From positions 1 to 49,939 of the forward strand of contig CANHCC010000002.1 of NCBI GenBank assembly GCA_947459115.1: DNA of 49,939 nucleotides, read 5' to 3'. Shown here in pieces: positions 18,657 through 28,476 of this stretch (its first letter is position 1; each line of letters starts with the position of its first letter). The notes under the pieces were generated by a model. It was not told where the DNA came from. It did not search any database and saw nothing but the letters and a program-made list of their open reading frames with translations. A program made the position numbers and the translations under genes. The stretch comes from Bacteroidota bacterium. GTDB lineage: Bacteria > Bacteroidota > Bacteroidia > J057 > RFSG01.

Positions 18657-18708
18657 GTTTATTTATTTTATGCTACGAAATTAAGGAAAACTTTTCCGAG
18701 GGGAGGCT

Positions 18709-19854
18709 TCAATTCCCGGATATAAGTGCCAGTTCCGATAGCTCTAACCCAACCAAACTACCCAACGCTACCCCCATGCCGCCCATTCTTACGCCAACGC
18801 AGACATTCGGACTGATCCTTTCAAGAATATAATTTTTTTCGGGCCCAACGCCCATAATGCCACTCCAGCGAATATCCTCTTCAAATAGAACTCCAGGTAG
18901 AATCATTTCTTGTAACAAAAGATGCAGGCTATCCATGATTTTAGGCGTATTGCCCATTTCCATGGTTTCTTCCCCTGCGAAATCCAGATTGCGCCCACCA
19001 CCCAATAAGATTCTATTGCCTACATTTCGGAAGTAATAGTAGCCGGCATCATAATGAAAGGATCCCCTGAGCTTTAAGCTCTCTATGGGTTTGGTGATGA
19101 GGACCTGGGCTCTGCCAGGTTTGACTGGTAATTCCGGTATCAGGGATTGGGTAAATCCATTCATGGTAATACATAGCTTGCGGCCAAGGATGTTTGTATG
19201 ATCCAGGGTTTGTATGCTTACCTGTTGGCCCTCCTCGTGAAAGCCGGTGACGCACACACCGGATAAAATCATTACCCCTGCTTTCAGTACCTTTTGCCAT
19301 AAGGCCTTCATCATTTTTCCGGTATGGATTTGGGCTTCTCCCTCAATGCGAATGATGCCACACAGGCCTTGCATACCAAAGCCATAATCTTCTACTGAAA
19401 CCTCCCGAAAGACCGGTGAAAAAGGGAGTATTTCCCTCAACGCGGTATTGAATTCAGGTAGAGATTGTACGGTATTAAGGAAGTGATTTTCCTGTCCGAT
19501 TCTAAACACTTCATAACCGCCCTGTGGCTCCAGCCCTATCGCCTCCGGACCAAGGGTTTCCTGAAGCAATTGTAACCCTCTATATCGTTTTTGAACAAGT
19601 CCGTACACTTGTTCTGTGGACATTTTCGTGAGGTCATCCAACAGTTCGGTCGGGCTACCAAAACAGGCGAATCCTGCGTTTTTGGTGCTGGCACCGGAAG
19701 GAAATGTTCCTCTTTCTAATACCAGAACAGAGGCCTCAGGTTGTTGTTTCTTTAAGTGTAAGGCAGTGCTTAAGCCAACGATGCCTCCTCCCAGAATGAC
19801 AAAATCATAAGGCCCCAGGAAGCTTTCTTTTTCCCAAAAGGAAATGTTATTCAT
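18709..19854 (-). CDS. FAD-dependent oxidoreductase (DAO family)
   Basis: 381 aa with an N-terminal Rossmann motif DFVILGGGIVGLSTA. Confidence 0.75.
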   Translation of the reverse strand: MNNISFWEKESFLGPYDFVILGGGIVGLSTALHLKKQQPEASVLVLERGTFPSGASTKNAGFACFGSPTELLDDLTKMSTEQVYGLVQKRYRGLQLLQETLGPEAIGLEPQGGYEVFRIGQENHFLNTVQSLPEFNTALREILPFSPVFREVSVEDYGFGMQGLCGIIRIEGEAQIHTGKMMKALWQKVLKAGVMILSGVCVTGFHEEGQQVSIQTLDHTNILGRKLCITMNGFTQSLIPELPVKPGRAQVLITKPIESLKLRGSFHYDAGYYYFRNVGNRILLGGGRNLDFAGEETMEMGNTPKIMDSLHLLLQEMILPGVLFEEDIRWSGIMGVGPEKNYILERISPNVCVGVRMGGMGVALGSLVGLELSELALISGN

Positions 19855-20302
19855 GTTTTGATTCTTCTAGAGAAAGCATCATTACTTTGTGCGGGCCTAT
19901 TCCGGGGATATCAAATTCATCAGACAAAATGATAAAATCCTGTCCGGTGTAAAAATCATATGCGACCTTACGGGCATTGCACCAAAGATAATTTATACCG
20001 CTTGCTTTGAGTCGGGCAATCCCAAATTGCAGGGCCTGTTTGCCTAAGCCTTGCCCTTGTAGATTCGGTAATACAGCCATCCCTCGGAGCCGGAAACCTT
20101 CCCCGGTATATCCGGGATAATCTTCACGCATGAAAGTCGCAATGCTGTATACCTGATCTTCTGAAAAACATCCGGTGTGAAAAGTATCAGGATGCTCATC
20201 GCCTTCATTCACACATTGATCAGGCGGGAGTTTACCTTCTCTAAGTACCAGAGATCGGAGGGGTAATACCTGGTTGAGCGTTAGTAGTCCGGTAGAATAC
20301 AT
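19847..20302 (-). CDS. GNAT family N-acetyltransferase
   Basis: 151 aa. It contains MAVLPNLQGQGLGKQALQFGI (acetyl-CoA pocket motif) and overlaps the downstream gene by 8 bp. Confidence 0.7.
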   Translation of the reverse strand: MYSTGLLTLNQVLPLRSLVLREGKLPPDQCVNEGDEHPDTFHTGCFSEDQVYSIATFMREDYPGYTGEGFRLRGMAVLPNLQGQGLGKQALQFGIARLKASGINYLWCNARKVAYDFYTGQDFIILSDEFDIPGIGPHKVMMLSLEESKHE

Positions 20303-20304
20303 GC

Positions 20305-20769
20305 TCAGGCGTTGCGGAGTTTTTCCTGTTCCTGAATTAATTGTTTCAGAAGGGAGAGTATGTCTCCTCCTGGCTCATTGTGATGAAGTTTTCGCATTTG
20401 CATGGCTTCTATCATAGAACGAATGTGGGCATCCAGTTCGAGTCGTTTGAAATAGCGGCGATAGCGTTGAAGAATCCAGAATTCTAAAGTGTTCTCAATT
20501 CTTTTGCCACAGGTATCAGGTAGTATGGCTGTTGCAATCCCGGAGAAATGACCGAGATAGTAATACAATCTTGCATACCAGGCAGGGGTTAGATTTCTGG
20601 TGCGTAACAATTGGTGCAGGAATGCCTGATGAGATGCTTTTCTTTCCCGAAGGGTGCGCAGTCTGTCTTCAGCCCCATACCATTGACGGTACCATCCAAG
20701 GCGCATGGACTCTCTGGCATGGAGGTCTTTCAGGATAAAGGCGACATTTTTTTCGATATCTTTTTGCAT
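20305..20769 (-). CDS. Hypothetical helical protein (possibly ferritin-like/COQ7-like; weak)
   Basis: 154-aa ORF packed tightly between a regulator gene and a GNAT gene. I could not verify any firm motif. Confidence 0.5.
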   Translation of the reverse strand: MQKDIEKNVAFILKDLHARESMRLGWYRQWYGAEDRLRTLRERKASHQAFLHQLLRTRNLTPAWYARLYYYLGHFSGIATAILPDTCGKRIENTLEFWILQRYRRYFKRLELDAHIRSMIEAMQMRKLHHNEPGGDILSLLKQLIQEQEKLRNA

Positions 20770-20774
20770 GGCAA

Positions 20775-21329
20775 TTACAGGGCATTTAAGGCTTGGAGGA
20801 GTTTGTCCAGGCGGCGGATGTTTTTTTCCTTGAGATAGGGTAGGGCACGGGCAGTGAATTCGTTAAATAGAATTAGAAAATCCCTGAGTTGCATCAGATG
20901 ATTGGCAAATTCTTTTTCTTCTTCAGGCAGGGGGACATTTTCTCCTCCTGCATCTGCCTTTAATTGTGCAAGAATTTCTTCGATGGCATCTGTGACCGGT
21001 TTAAGTTCCCGTTTCTGTCTCTCAACTAAAATAAGGGAGGTCAGCAACCAAACATCCTTGACGGCTGCAAAGTATTCTTTTCTCCCCGGTGGATGCATTT
21101 CTTTGCGAATCAGCCCCCATTCCAGAAGTTCCCTTAAGTTCATATTGGCATTTCCTCTGGAAATTTGAAGCTTATTCATAATGGTATCGGTATCCATGGC
21201 ATCAGCGGAAGCAAATAATAGGGCATAAATCTGAGACATGGTTTTGGAGATGCCCCAACTGGATGACATTTCTCCCCATGTACTTATAAACCGCTCCCGA
21301 GCAGGACTAAGTTCCGGATTCCCGATCAT
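20775..21329 (-). CDS. GbsR/MarR-family transcriptional regulator
   Basis: 184 aa. The winged-helix region WG.S...SQIYALL......M.TD.I...L.ISRGN.NMNLREL..WGLI is typical of GbsR-like proteins. Confidence 0.65.
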   Translation of the reverse strand: MIGNPELSPARERFISTWGEMSSSWGISKTMSQIYALLFASADAMDTDTIMNKLQISRGNANMNLRELLEWGLIRKEMHPPGRKEYFAAVKDVWLLTSLILVERQKRELKPVTDAIEEILAQLKADAGGENVPLPEEEKEFANHLMQLRDFLILFNEFTARALPYLKEKNIRRLDKLLQALNAL

Positions 21330-21485
21330 ACTTCAAAATTGGGAAAAAAAATGGAGTTGTGGAGAATCGATGGTGCTAATTCCCTGCCGTCCTAACGCTT
21401 GCGGTGAGCAGCTAACGCACAATGCCCTGCCGCTCGCCCTAAGCAGTAGGGGATGCGAAAACTCTTATTAACTTTACAGGGTCAT

Positions 21486-22490
21486 ATGAAACTGAATCAG
21501 CCTATTACCGTGAGGGACGCCGCCTCCCTGATTAATGCCCGATTTGCCGGCAATCCGGATCAATTAATTTTGGGTTTGGAAGAAATTCACATGGTTGCTC
21601 CCGGCGACCTGACTTTTGTAGATGTCGAAAAGTATTACAAAAAGGCCCTCAACAGTGCAGCCACCATTATCCTGATTAATAATGAAGTGGAAGTGCCGGA
21701 AGGCAAGAGTATTATCATTTCAGATGACCCTTTTCGGGATTATAATCGGCTGACAGAGCATTTTCAACCTCGCCTACCCTTGAATATTCAGGGACAGCCC
21801 ATTCTCGGGAAAAATGTTAAAATAGGTGCCAATGTGGTGTTTGGGGAAAATGTCCGCATTGGAGACAATACGGAAATCGGGCACAATGTGGTCATTGGCT
21901 CTCATGTAAACATTGGTCAGGACACATTGATTTATCCCAATGTTACCCTCTATAACTACTCTCAGATTGGCAACAGGGTGTGTATTCAGGCGGGAACGGT
22001 CATTGGGGGTGAGGCTTTTTATTACAAGTCTCGTCCAACGGGTAAGGATAAGTTACTTAGCAAGGGAAGGGTAGTCATCGAGGATCGCGTGGAGATTGGT
22101 GCCAATTGTACCATAGATAGAGGGGTGAGTGGGGACACCAGAATTGGAGAGGGGACGATTTTTGATAACCTGATTCAAATCGGTCATGATACCGTGGTCG
22201 GCAAAAATTGCCTGTTTGCCTCACAGGTAGGTGTAGCCGGAGTAGTGACCATAGAGGACAATGTCATTCTGTGGGGACAGGTGGGCGTAAATAAAGATCT
22301 GACCATCGGCAAAGGTGCAATTCTATTGGGTAAATCCGGTGTGATGTCCTCTCTCGAAGGTGGAAGAACATATTTCGGTTTTGTGGCATCAGATCATCGT
22401 CAGGCTTTAAGGGAATTCGCCGCTGCCCGCAGGCTGCCGGAAGTGCTTCAGCGCTTGGATCAATTAGAATCTGCCCGGAATGAAATTTGA
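21486..22490 (+). CDS. lpxD: UDP-3-O-acylglucosamine N-acyltransferase
   Basis: It shows hexapeptide (LbH) repeats such as IG.NV.IG.N..IG, plus the LpxD N-terminal domain. The track ORF starts at 21453; I prefer the ATG at 21486 (MKLNQPITVRDAASL). Confidence 0.9.
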   Translation: MKLNQPITVRDAASLINARFAGNPDQLILGLEEIHMVAPGDLTFVDVEKYYKKALNSAATIILINNEVEVPEGKSIIISDDPFRDYNRLTEHFQPRLPLNIQGQPILGKNVKIGANVVFGENVRIGDNTEIGHNVVIGSHVNIGQDTLIYPNVTLYNYSQIGNRVCIQAGTVIGGEAFYYKSRPTGKDKLLSKGRVVIEDRVEIGANCTIDRGVSGDTRIGEGTIFDNLIQIGHDTVVGKNCLFASQVGVAGVVTIEDNVILWGQVGVNKDLTIGKGAILLGKSGVMSSLEGGRTYFGFVASDHRQALREFAAARRLPEVLQRLDQLESARNEI

Positions 22491-23133
22491 TCACCCTTTC
22501 CCTCAATTTCAAAAACAGAAAGACGAGGTCAAATTATTTTCCAGTAAGACTTTTGCCCGCATTGTTGCCTATTTTTTTCAGGGGCTCCTGCTGGTTGTGC
22601 CCATTGCAGTTAGTATTTGGGTAATCTATAATGCCTTTCAATATATTGATGAATTGTTTCCTTTTCGCCTGGGAAGGGGGTTAGGATTTCTAATCATCAT
22701 TGGCGGAATTACGATACTTGGATTTCTAGGGTCCTTGTTTATTACCAGACCCATCCTAGCCTTTATTGAAAAGGTGATTTCCAATGTGCCGGTTTTGAAA
22801 TTTTTATATTCCACTATCCGGGATTTTATGGAAGCCTTTGTCGGGGAAAAGAAGCGCTTCACCGAGGGCGTCCTTGTGACATTGGATAAAGATAACGGGA
22901 TTGAGCGCCCGGGATTTATTACCTCCAAAGATCTTAGCCGATTAGGGCTTCCCGGTAAAGTTGCGGTCTATATGCCTTTCTCGTATCAGTTTGCCGGTGA
23001 TTTATTGATTGTCCCTGCTGAATCCGTTAGGCCATTACCGGTATCGGGGGCCGACATGATGAAGTTTATTGTTTCCGGAGGGGTTACCGAATTTCAAGAC
23101 GGTAATCCTGCGGAAGAAAATGATATTAAATAA
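22480..23133 (+). CDS. DUF502 family membrane protein
   Basis: 217 aa with two N-terminal TM segments, followed by a P.LK.LYS.I.D motif context. It overlaps lpxD by 11 bp. Confidence 0.65.
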   Translation: MKFDHPFPQFQKQKDEVKLFSSKTFARIVAYFFQGLLLVVPIAVSIWVIYNAFQYIDELFPFRLGRGLGFLIIIGGITILGFLGSLFITRPILAFIEKVISNVPVLKFLYSTIRDFMEAFVGEKKRFTEGVLVTLDKDNGIERPGFITSKDLSRLGLPGKVAVYMPFSYQFAGDLLIVPAESVRPLPVSGADMMKFIVSGGVTEFQDGNPAEENDIK

Positions 23134-23141
23134 AATTATTT

Positions 23142-26100
23142 ATGAAAACACTGACTGGTTTTCTCTTGTGTTTGTGGGTTGGCCTGGGATGGGCAGGTAC
23201 CTTTCCGCCTGATTCCTTTAGAACTTCTTCCAATCCCTGGTATTGGAAGAATCGAAAACCCTATCCGGATTACTGGCAACAAGATGTTTATTATAGAATT
23301 AAAGCGTCTTTAGACCCTTTCAGTAGAGAAGTGAAAGGGAATTTGATTCTAACTTATTATAACAACTCTCCTGATACGCTAAAGGAGTTTACCTTTCATT
23401 TATATCAGAATGCCTTTCAACCGGAATCCTATCTGGATCAGATGCGGAAAGGCTTTAACGAAACCCCTGAATATGGGGAACTCGAAGCTCAGAAAAAAGG
23501 GACTCAGGTGCATGCCATTCGTTCCCCCGGCAGATTGCTGGAAACCCTCGAGGACAATACGATTTTCAGGGTATTTGCGGACAAAGCCTTATTGCCAAAT
23601 GATTCCATGGTTTTTGAAATTGCTTTTTCTTCCTGGTTTGATACCGGCCCGGACAGAAGGCGGATGAAAATGTTTCCCGTTGAGCAGGAGGGGGGGAATC
23701 AAACCTGGCATTTTGACGGCGTGCATTGGTACCCTCGCATATCCGTCTATGATCGACGCATGACCTGGGATGTGCAGCAGCATTTTGGAAAAGAATTTTA
23801 TGGAGACTTTGGTACCTGGGATGTAGAATTGACATTGCCTTCCGAATATATCGTAGAAGCTACCGGAGAGATTTTGAATGAAGCGGAGGTTTTACCACCA
23901 ACCTTAAGACAGGCGCTCGATATTAGAAATTTTAAGGATAAAAAAATCGGCACGCCGGCATCCATTATTGTTCCGGCAGACGGCACTACTAAAACCTGGA
24001 AGTACCATGCGGTAAATGTGCATGATTTTGCTTTTACTGCGGATCCGACTTATCGAATAGACGAAGTGAAGGCAGGGCGCGTCAGATGTATCGCCGTCGC
24101 TCAGGAACAGAATGCGGCCAAGTGGCAGGATGCAGCCGGAATCGCAGCTAAAGTCATTCAACTGTATTCAGATTATCTCTTTCCCTATGCCTATCCTAAA
24201 ATGGTGGTGGCAGATGCTCAGGATGGTATGGAATATCCCATGCTGACCCTGGACGGAGGACATTCTCCAGGGTACACGGCCTTACTGGCTCATGAAATAG
24301 GACATAACTGGTTCTTCGGCATGTTGGGTACCAACGAAACCTACCGGGCCTTTATGGATGAAGGGTTTACTCAGTTCCTTACCATGTTTGCCATGGATTC
24401 ATTGAAGGGTTGGGATAAAGAAGGGATCTCTAAAGACCGCTTACAGCAGGGATACTTTAGATTTATGGCAGAAGCCATCCGGGACCATGAAGGACATTTG
24501 AATACACATGCGGATGAATATTATGCCTCTTGCGGACATGGGGGGCAATACAGCATGGCCTATCACAAAACAGCCGTCATGCTGTATAACCTTCAATATT
24601 ATCTCGGGAAAGAGGTATTTCAGGCCGCCATGCAGCAGTATTTTCATCGCTGGGCGATGGCACATCCTTACCCTGAAGATTTTCGTCTGGCCATCACCGA
24701 TCATGCTCGTACGGACCTGACCAGATTTTTTGATGACTGGATGGAAAGTGAAAAGAAAGTGGATTACGGCATTCGCTGTATTCGAAGAGCAGGAAGGGAT
24801 TCGGTTCGCCTGACTTTTATCCGAACCGGAGATTTAGTGATGCCTTTAGCGTTTTCTCTGACTTCCAATGGCCACGGCAGGCAGAATTATCTGATTCCTT
24901 CCAGTTATTTCAACAGAATTGAAAAAGATGAAATCAGATTGCCTTATTGGTACCAGTTTGGTGAGTTGGGCCGAACTTATGAGGTTACGCTACCGGCGGG
25001 GAAACACCCGGTGGTAAATCTTGACCCAAGCAGAAGGCTTGGCGATATTCGAATGATGGACAATCAGACCGGGTTGTTTCCTACCTCTTTTAATCTTGCG
25101 CTGACCGATCATCATCAGGGTCGGAGCGATTGGGAGAAATACACCATGCATGTTCGTCCCTGGGTATGGTGGAATCGGGTGAGTGGCATTCAGGCAGGGG
25201 GGCAGTTTCAGGGACATTACATGAATACGCGTCATAGGGTGAAAGCAGGCCTGGTGCAGAATACCGGCATCTTCGACCAATACACCGGCGCATCTATGCT
25301 AGGGTTAAATTCGCGCTATTACTTCTTAAATTACTGGGCATCCTATCAAACTCAGTTTTCCCCTTTAGGTAAAGACGGAGACATTCTTTTGGAATCGGCT
25401 TATCGGGATGGGGCTTTCCGGAATGTGGCGGGATTGGAGAAATGGTATGTTTCCGGACCGTCCTATAATTCGGCGAAACAAGGTTGGTATGCCCAATGGG
25501 TATATTTGTTCAGGCCTCAGTCTTTCTTAACCAATTATCTTGTTGAGGAAGACACCTGGCGTGCCGGTTTTGCCAACAGTTATTTCAAAGCCGGATGGCG
25601 GCGTCAATATAAAGTCCCTTCTGGTACCGGACGATGGAAACTCGAAGCTCGGTCCACTGCACCCGGCAGCGACAGCGATTACCGAAACCTTCGCTTTGAG
25701 TCCGTTTACAACTGGCAAATCCTCAATAAGACCTTTACCCTCAAATATCGTTTTTATGCCCAGATTGGGGAGGGCAACACCCCGATTGAATCTCAAACCA
25801 TGCTGAGTGGTGGCAATGCGGAAGAGGCCTGGAGCAATGATTTTTACCGGGCCGAGGCCTTTTTCCATGAGCGCTTAACCGAAACCGAAATGGGAAGACG
25901 CCCTTCCAATGTGCACTTTGGAGGAGGCTATAATCTAAGAGGTTACAGTGGATACCGGGCGGAATTTGAAGATGGAGGAGCCGCCTGGTATGGCAACAAC
26001 GGAACCTCCGTTAATTTGGAGTTGGAATTCGATGACAGAATTCCGTTTCGACCGCCTTTCCTGAAAGACCATGTTAAACTTGACGCTTATGTGTTTGCAG

Positions 26101-26333
26101 ATGCCGGTATTTTAGGCCGAAACCTCTCACGCCGGGGCTTTGATAAGCCCGAATGGGATAAACTTCGGGCCGATTTTGGCATCGGTACCGCTTTCAATCT
26201 TTATCGCACCCGTAATAAACAAACTCAGCCTTTAATTATCCGGGCGGATTTCCCCTTCTTATTAACAACTGCCCCATTTATTCAGGATAATTTCCAGTTT
26301 AGATGGATGGTGGGAGTGGGGAGAGCGTTTTGA
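23142..26333 (+). CDS. M1-family zinc metallopeptidase fused to a C-terminal Omp85/BamA-like outer-membrane beta-barrel
   Basis: 1063 aa with a signal peptide. DGMEYPMLT occupies the GAMEN position. HEIGHNWF (24291-) is followed by the distal Glu in MDEGFTQF. The C-terminal ~420 aa contain GGGYNLRGY (about 25920-25947), F.DAG, LRADFGIGTAF, IRADFPF, and a terminal ..GVGRAF. Confidence 0.8.
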   Translation: MKTLTGFLLCLWVGLGWAGTFPPDSFRTSSNPWYWKNRKPYPDYWQQDVYYRIKASLDPFSREVKGNLILTYYNNSPDTLKEFTFHLYQNAFQPESYLDQMRKGFNETPEYGELEAQKKGTQVHAIRSPGRLLETLEDNTIFRVFADKALLPNDSMVFEIAFSSWFDTGPDRRRMKMFPVEQEGGNQTWHFDGVHWYPRISVYDRRMTWDVQQHFGKEFYGDFGTWDVELTLPSEYIVEATGEILNEAEVLPPTLRQALDIRNFKDKKIGTPASIIVPADGTTKTWKYHAVNVHDFAFTADPTYRIDEVKAGRVRCIAVAQEQNAAKWQDAAGIAAKVIQLYSDYLFPYAYPKMVVADAQDGMEYPMLTLDGGHSPGYTALLAHEIGHNWFFGMLGTNETYRAFMDEGFTQFLTMFAMDSLKGWDKEGISKDRLQQGYFRFMAEAIRDHEGHLNTHADEYYASCGHGGQYSMAYHKTAVMLYNLQYYLGKEVFQAAMQQYFHRWAMAHPYPEDFRLAITDHARTDLTRFFDDWMESEKKVDYGIRCIRRAGRDSVRLTFIRTGDLVMPLAFSLTSNGHGRQNYLIPSSYFNRIEKDEIRLPYWYQFGELGRTYEVTLPAGKHPVVNLDPSRRLGDIRMMDNQTGLFPTSFNLALTDHHQGRSDWEKYTMHVRPWVWWNRVSGIQAGGQFQGHYMNTRHRVKAGLVQNTGIFDQYTGASMLGLNSRYYFLNYWASYQTQFSPLGKDGDILLESAYRDGAFRNVAGLEKWYVSGPSYNSAKQGWYAQWVYLFRPQSFLTNYLVEEDTWRAGFANSYFKAGWRRQYKVPSGTGRWKLEARSTAPGSDSDYRNLRFESVYNWQILNKTFTLKYRFYAQIGEGNTPIESQTMLSGGNAEEAWSNDFYRAEAFFHERLTETEMGRRPSNVHFGGGYNLRGYSGYRAEFEDGGAAWYGNNGTSVNLELEFDDRIPFRPPFLKDHVKLDAYVFADAGILGRNLSRRGFDKPEWDKLRADFGIGTAFNLYRTRNKQTQPLIIRADFPFLLTTAPFIQDNFQFRWMVGVGRAF

Positions 26334-26456
26334 GTTATGAATGATGAATGATGAATTATGAGGGATTGTTAAAAATACACGAATGTCATTTTATTGCCCT
26401 GAAAGGGCATCTCCCTTTCTCGGGGGGCTTTGCCGCCCGAATACTAAAAGTTATTT

Positions 26457-26486
26457 TTTGCACAATCCATATTTTGTCTAATTTTG
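26457..26486 (+). promoter_or_regulatory. Candidate rpsA promoter (-33 TTTG at 26457-26460; -7 TAATTTTG at 26479-26486)
   Basis: Both Bacteroidota-type elements are present with 18-bp spacing, about 45 nt upstream of the rpsA ATG. Confidence 0.4.
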
Positions 26487-26529
26487 CACTTCCTGCTAAA
26501 AGTAGGAAGAAAAGGAGATTTAAAATTTA

Positions 26530-28476
26530 ATGTCAGAAGAAAACAAATCCGTTACCGAGGTGGATCATGTTCAGAACATGGAAGCCGATTTGACCGTTGA
26601 TTCCGTCCGGTCGTTGAAAAGTGTGCCCAGCGAAGAATTTTCCTGGGATGAAGATGAGCTGGGGTATAGCGCTGAAGAAAGAGCGCGTCTGGAGGCTGTG
26701 TACTCCGGAACGCTGAATGTGATCAGTGAAAAGCAAATCGTTAAGGGCACCGTCGTGTTTATCGGTGACAAAGAAGTGGTTCTCAACATCGGTTTCAAAT
26801 CCGAAGGCGTTGTGCCCATTTCCGAATTCCGTGACAAACCGGATTTGAAGCCCGGTGACCAGGTGGATGTGTTCCTGGAAACTGTGGAAGACAAAAAAGG
26901 CCAGTTGGTATTGTCCTACAAAAGAGCAAACGCGATGCGTACCTGGGATAAAATCCGGGCGGCTCTGGATGAAGATCTTACCCTGGAAGGGATCATCCGC
27001 AAAAGAACCAAAGGTGGATTTGTGGTGGATGTGGAAGGCGTGGAAGCTTTCCTTCCCGGTTCTCAGATCGATGTGAAGCCGGTCAGAGATTTTGATTCTT
27101 ACCTCGGACGCAAAATGGAGTTCAAGGTGGTTAAAATCAACTACCCCCACGACAATGTGGTCATCTCCCATAAAGTGCTGATCGAAAAAGACATCGAAGC
27201 ACAAAAAGGCGAAATCCTCCAAAACCTTGAAAAAGGACAGGTTCTCGAAGGTACGGTGAAAAATATGACCAACTTCGGGGTGTTCGTAGATTTGGGTGGC
27301 CTGGATGGGCTTCTCCATATCACAGACATTTCCTGGGGCAGAATCAACCATCCGGAAGAAGTCCTCAAATTGGACGATAAAATCAATGTGGTGGTGTTGG
27401 ATTTTGATGATGAGAAAAAGAGAATCAGCTTAGGCTTGAAACAATTGCAACCCCATCCATGGGATGCTTTACCGGAAACTATAGAGGTTGGCTCTAAAGT
27501 GAAAGGTAAAGTGGTAACTGTGGCTGACTATGGCTTGTTTGTTGAAATTCAAACCGGTGTAGAAGGTTTGGTGCATGTGAGCGAAATGTCCTGGTCTCAA
27601 CACCAGAAAAATCCTACCGAATTGTACAAAGTCGGGGATGAGATTGAAGCTACCGTGCTGTCCATTGACCGGGATGAGCATAAAATGTCTCTCGGCCTGA
27701 AACAAGCCACAGAAGATCCATGGTTGAAAGTAGCCGAAAAATATCCGGTGGGCAGTCGCCATTCCGGTGTGGTTCGTAGCATCATCACCATCGGTCTGAT
27801 TGTTGAACTTGAAGAAGGCGTAGACGGACTGGTGCATATTTCTGACCTGTCCTGGACTAAGAAAATCAAGCATCCTTCTGAATTCATCAAGAAAGATGAT
27901 CCAATTGAAATTGTGGTGACTTCACTCGATGTCGAAAACCGCAAGATGAGCCTGGGTCATAAGCAATTGTTTGAAGATCCCTGGGATACATTCGAAACCA
28001 TCTTCACCGTTGGCAGTTCACATAAAGGTACCATCAATAAAATGATTGAGAATGGTGCTGTATTGGAATTGGAATACGGCGTTGAAGGGACTGTGAAGAA
28101 GAAAGATCTCACTACCCCTAAAGGCACACCTGCCCTGAAGGTTGGAGATACTGCTGACTTCATCGTCACCGAATTCCAAAGAGATGCCAAGCGTATCGTG
28201 TTGTCGCATACCCGTACCTGGAAAGAGGCGACAGCCGAAGAACAGGCACAGGAAGGCGCAGCCGCTGAGAAGAAAAGCAGCAGCAAGCCTAAAGCCGTTA
28301 AATTGCCTCCGGTAGAGAAATCTACTCTTGGAGACATTGAAGGCCTGGCTGCGTTGAAAGCCAATCTTGAAGCCGAGGAAAAAGGCGTTGCCAAAAAAGC
28401 AACCAAAGCGCCTAAAGCCAAAGCCGAAGAAGCAGCACCTGCAGAAGAAGCTCCAGAAGCTCCAGCCGCAGAGTAA
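26530..28476 (+). CDS. rpsA: 30S ribosomal protein S1 with Ala/Glu/Lys/Pro-rich C-terminal tail
   Basis: 648 aa with six S1 (OB) repeats of the form G..V.G.V......G.FV.L. The tail reads ..AKKATKAPKAKAEEAAPAEEAPEAPAAE. Confidence 0.95.
   Translation: MSEENKSVTEVDHVQNMEADLTVDSVRSLKSVPSEEFSWDEDELGYSAEERARLEAVYSGTLNVISEKQIVKGTVVFIGDKEVVLNIGFKSEGVVPISEFRDKPDLKPGDQVDVFLETVEDKKGQLVLSYKRANAMRTWDKIRAALDEDLTLEGIIRKRTKGGFVVDVEGVEAFLPGSQIDVKPVRDFDSYLGRKMEFKVVKINYPHDNVVISHKVLIEKDIEAQKGEILQNLEKGQVLEGTVKNMTNFGVFVDLGGLDGLLHITDISWGRINHPEEVLKLDDKINVVVLDFDDEKKRISLGLKQLQPHPWDALPETIEVGSKVKGKVVTVADYGLFVEIQTGVEGLVHVSEMSWSQHQKNPTELYKVGDEIEATVLSIDRDEHKMSLGLKQATEDPWLKVAEKYPVGSRHSGVVRSIITIGLIVELEEGVDGLVHISDLSWTKKIKHPSEFIKKDDPIEIVVTSLDVENRKMSLGHKQLFEDPWDTFETIFTVGSSHKGTINKMIENGAVLELEYGVEGTVKKKDLTTPKGTPALKVGDTADFIVTEFQRDAKRIVLSHTRTWKEATAEEQAQEGAAAEKKSSSKPKAVKLPPVEKSTLGDIEGLAALKANLEAEEKGVAKKATKAPKAKAEEAAPAEEAPEAPAAE

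Noticed and set aside
26337-26361. Heptamer tandem repeat (ATGAATG)x3.5 just after the M1 peptidase stop
   Set aside because: It is short, AT-rich slippage-type microsatellite sequence with no associated structure or ORF.
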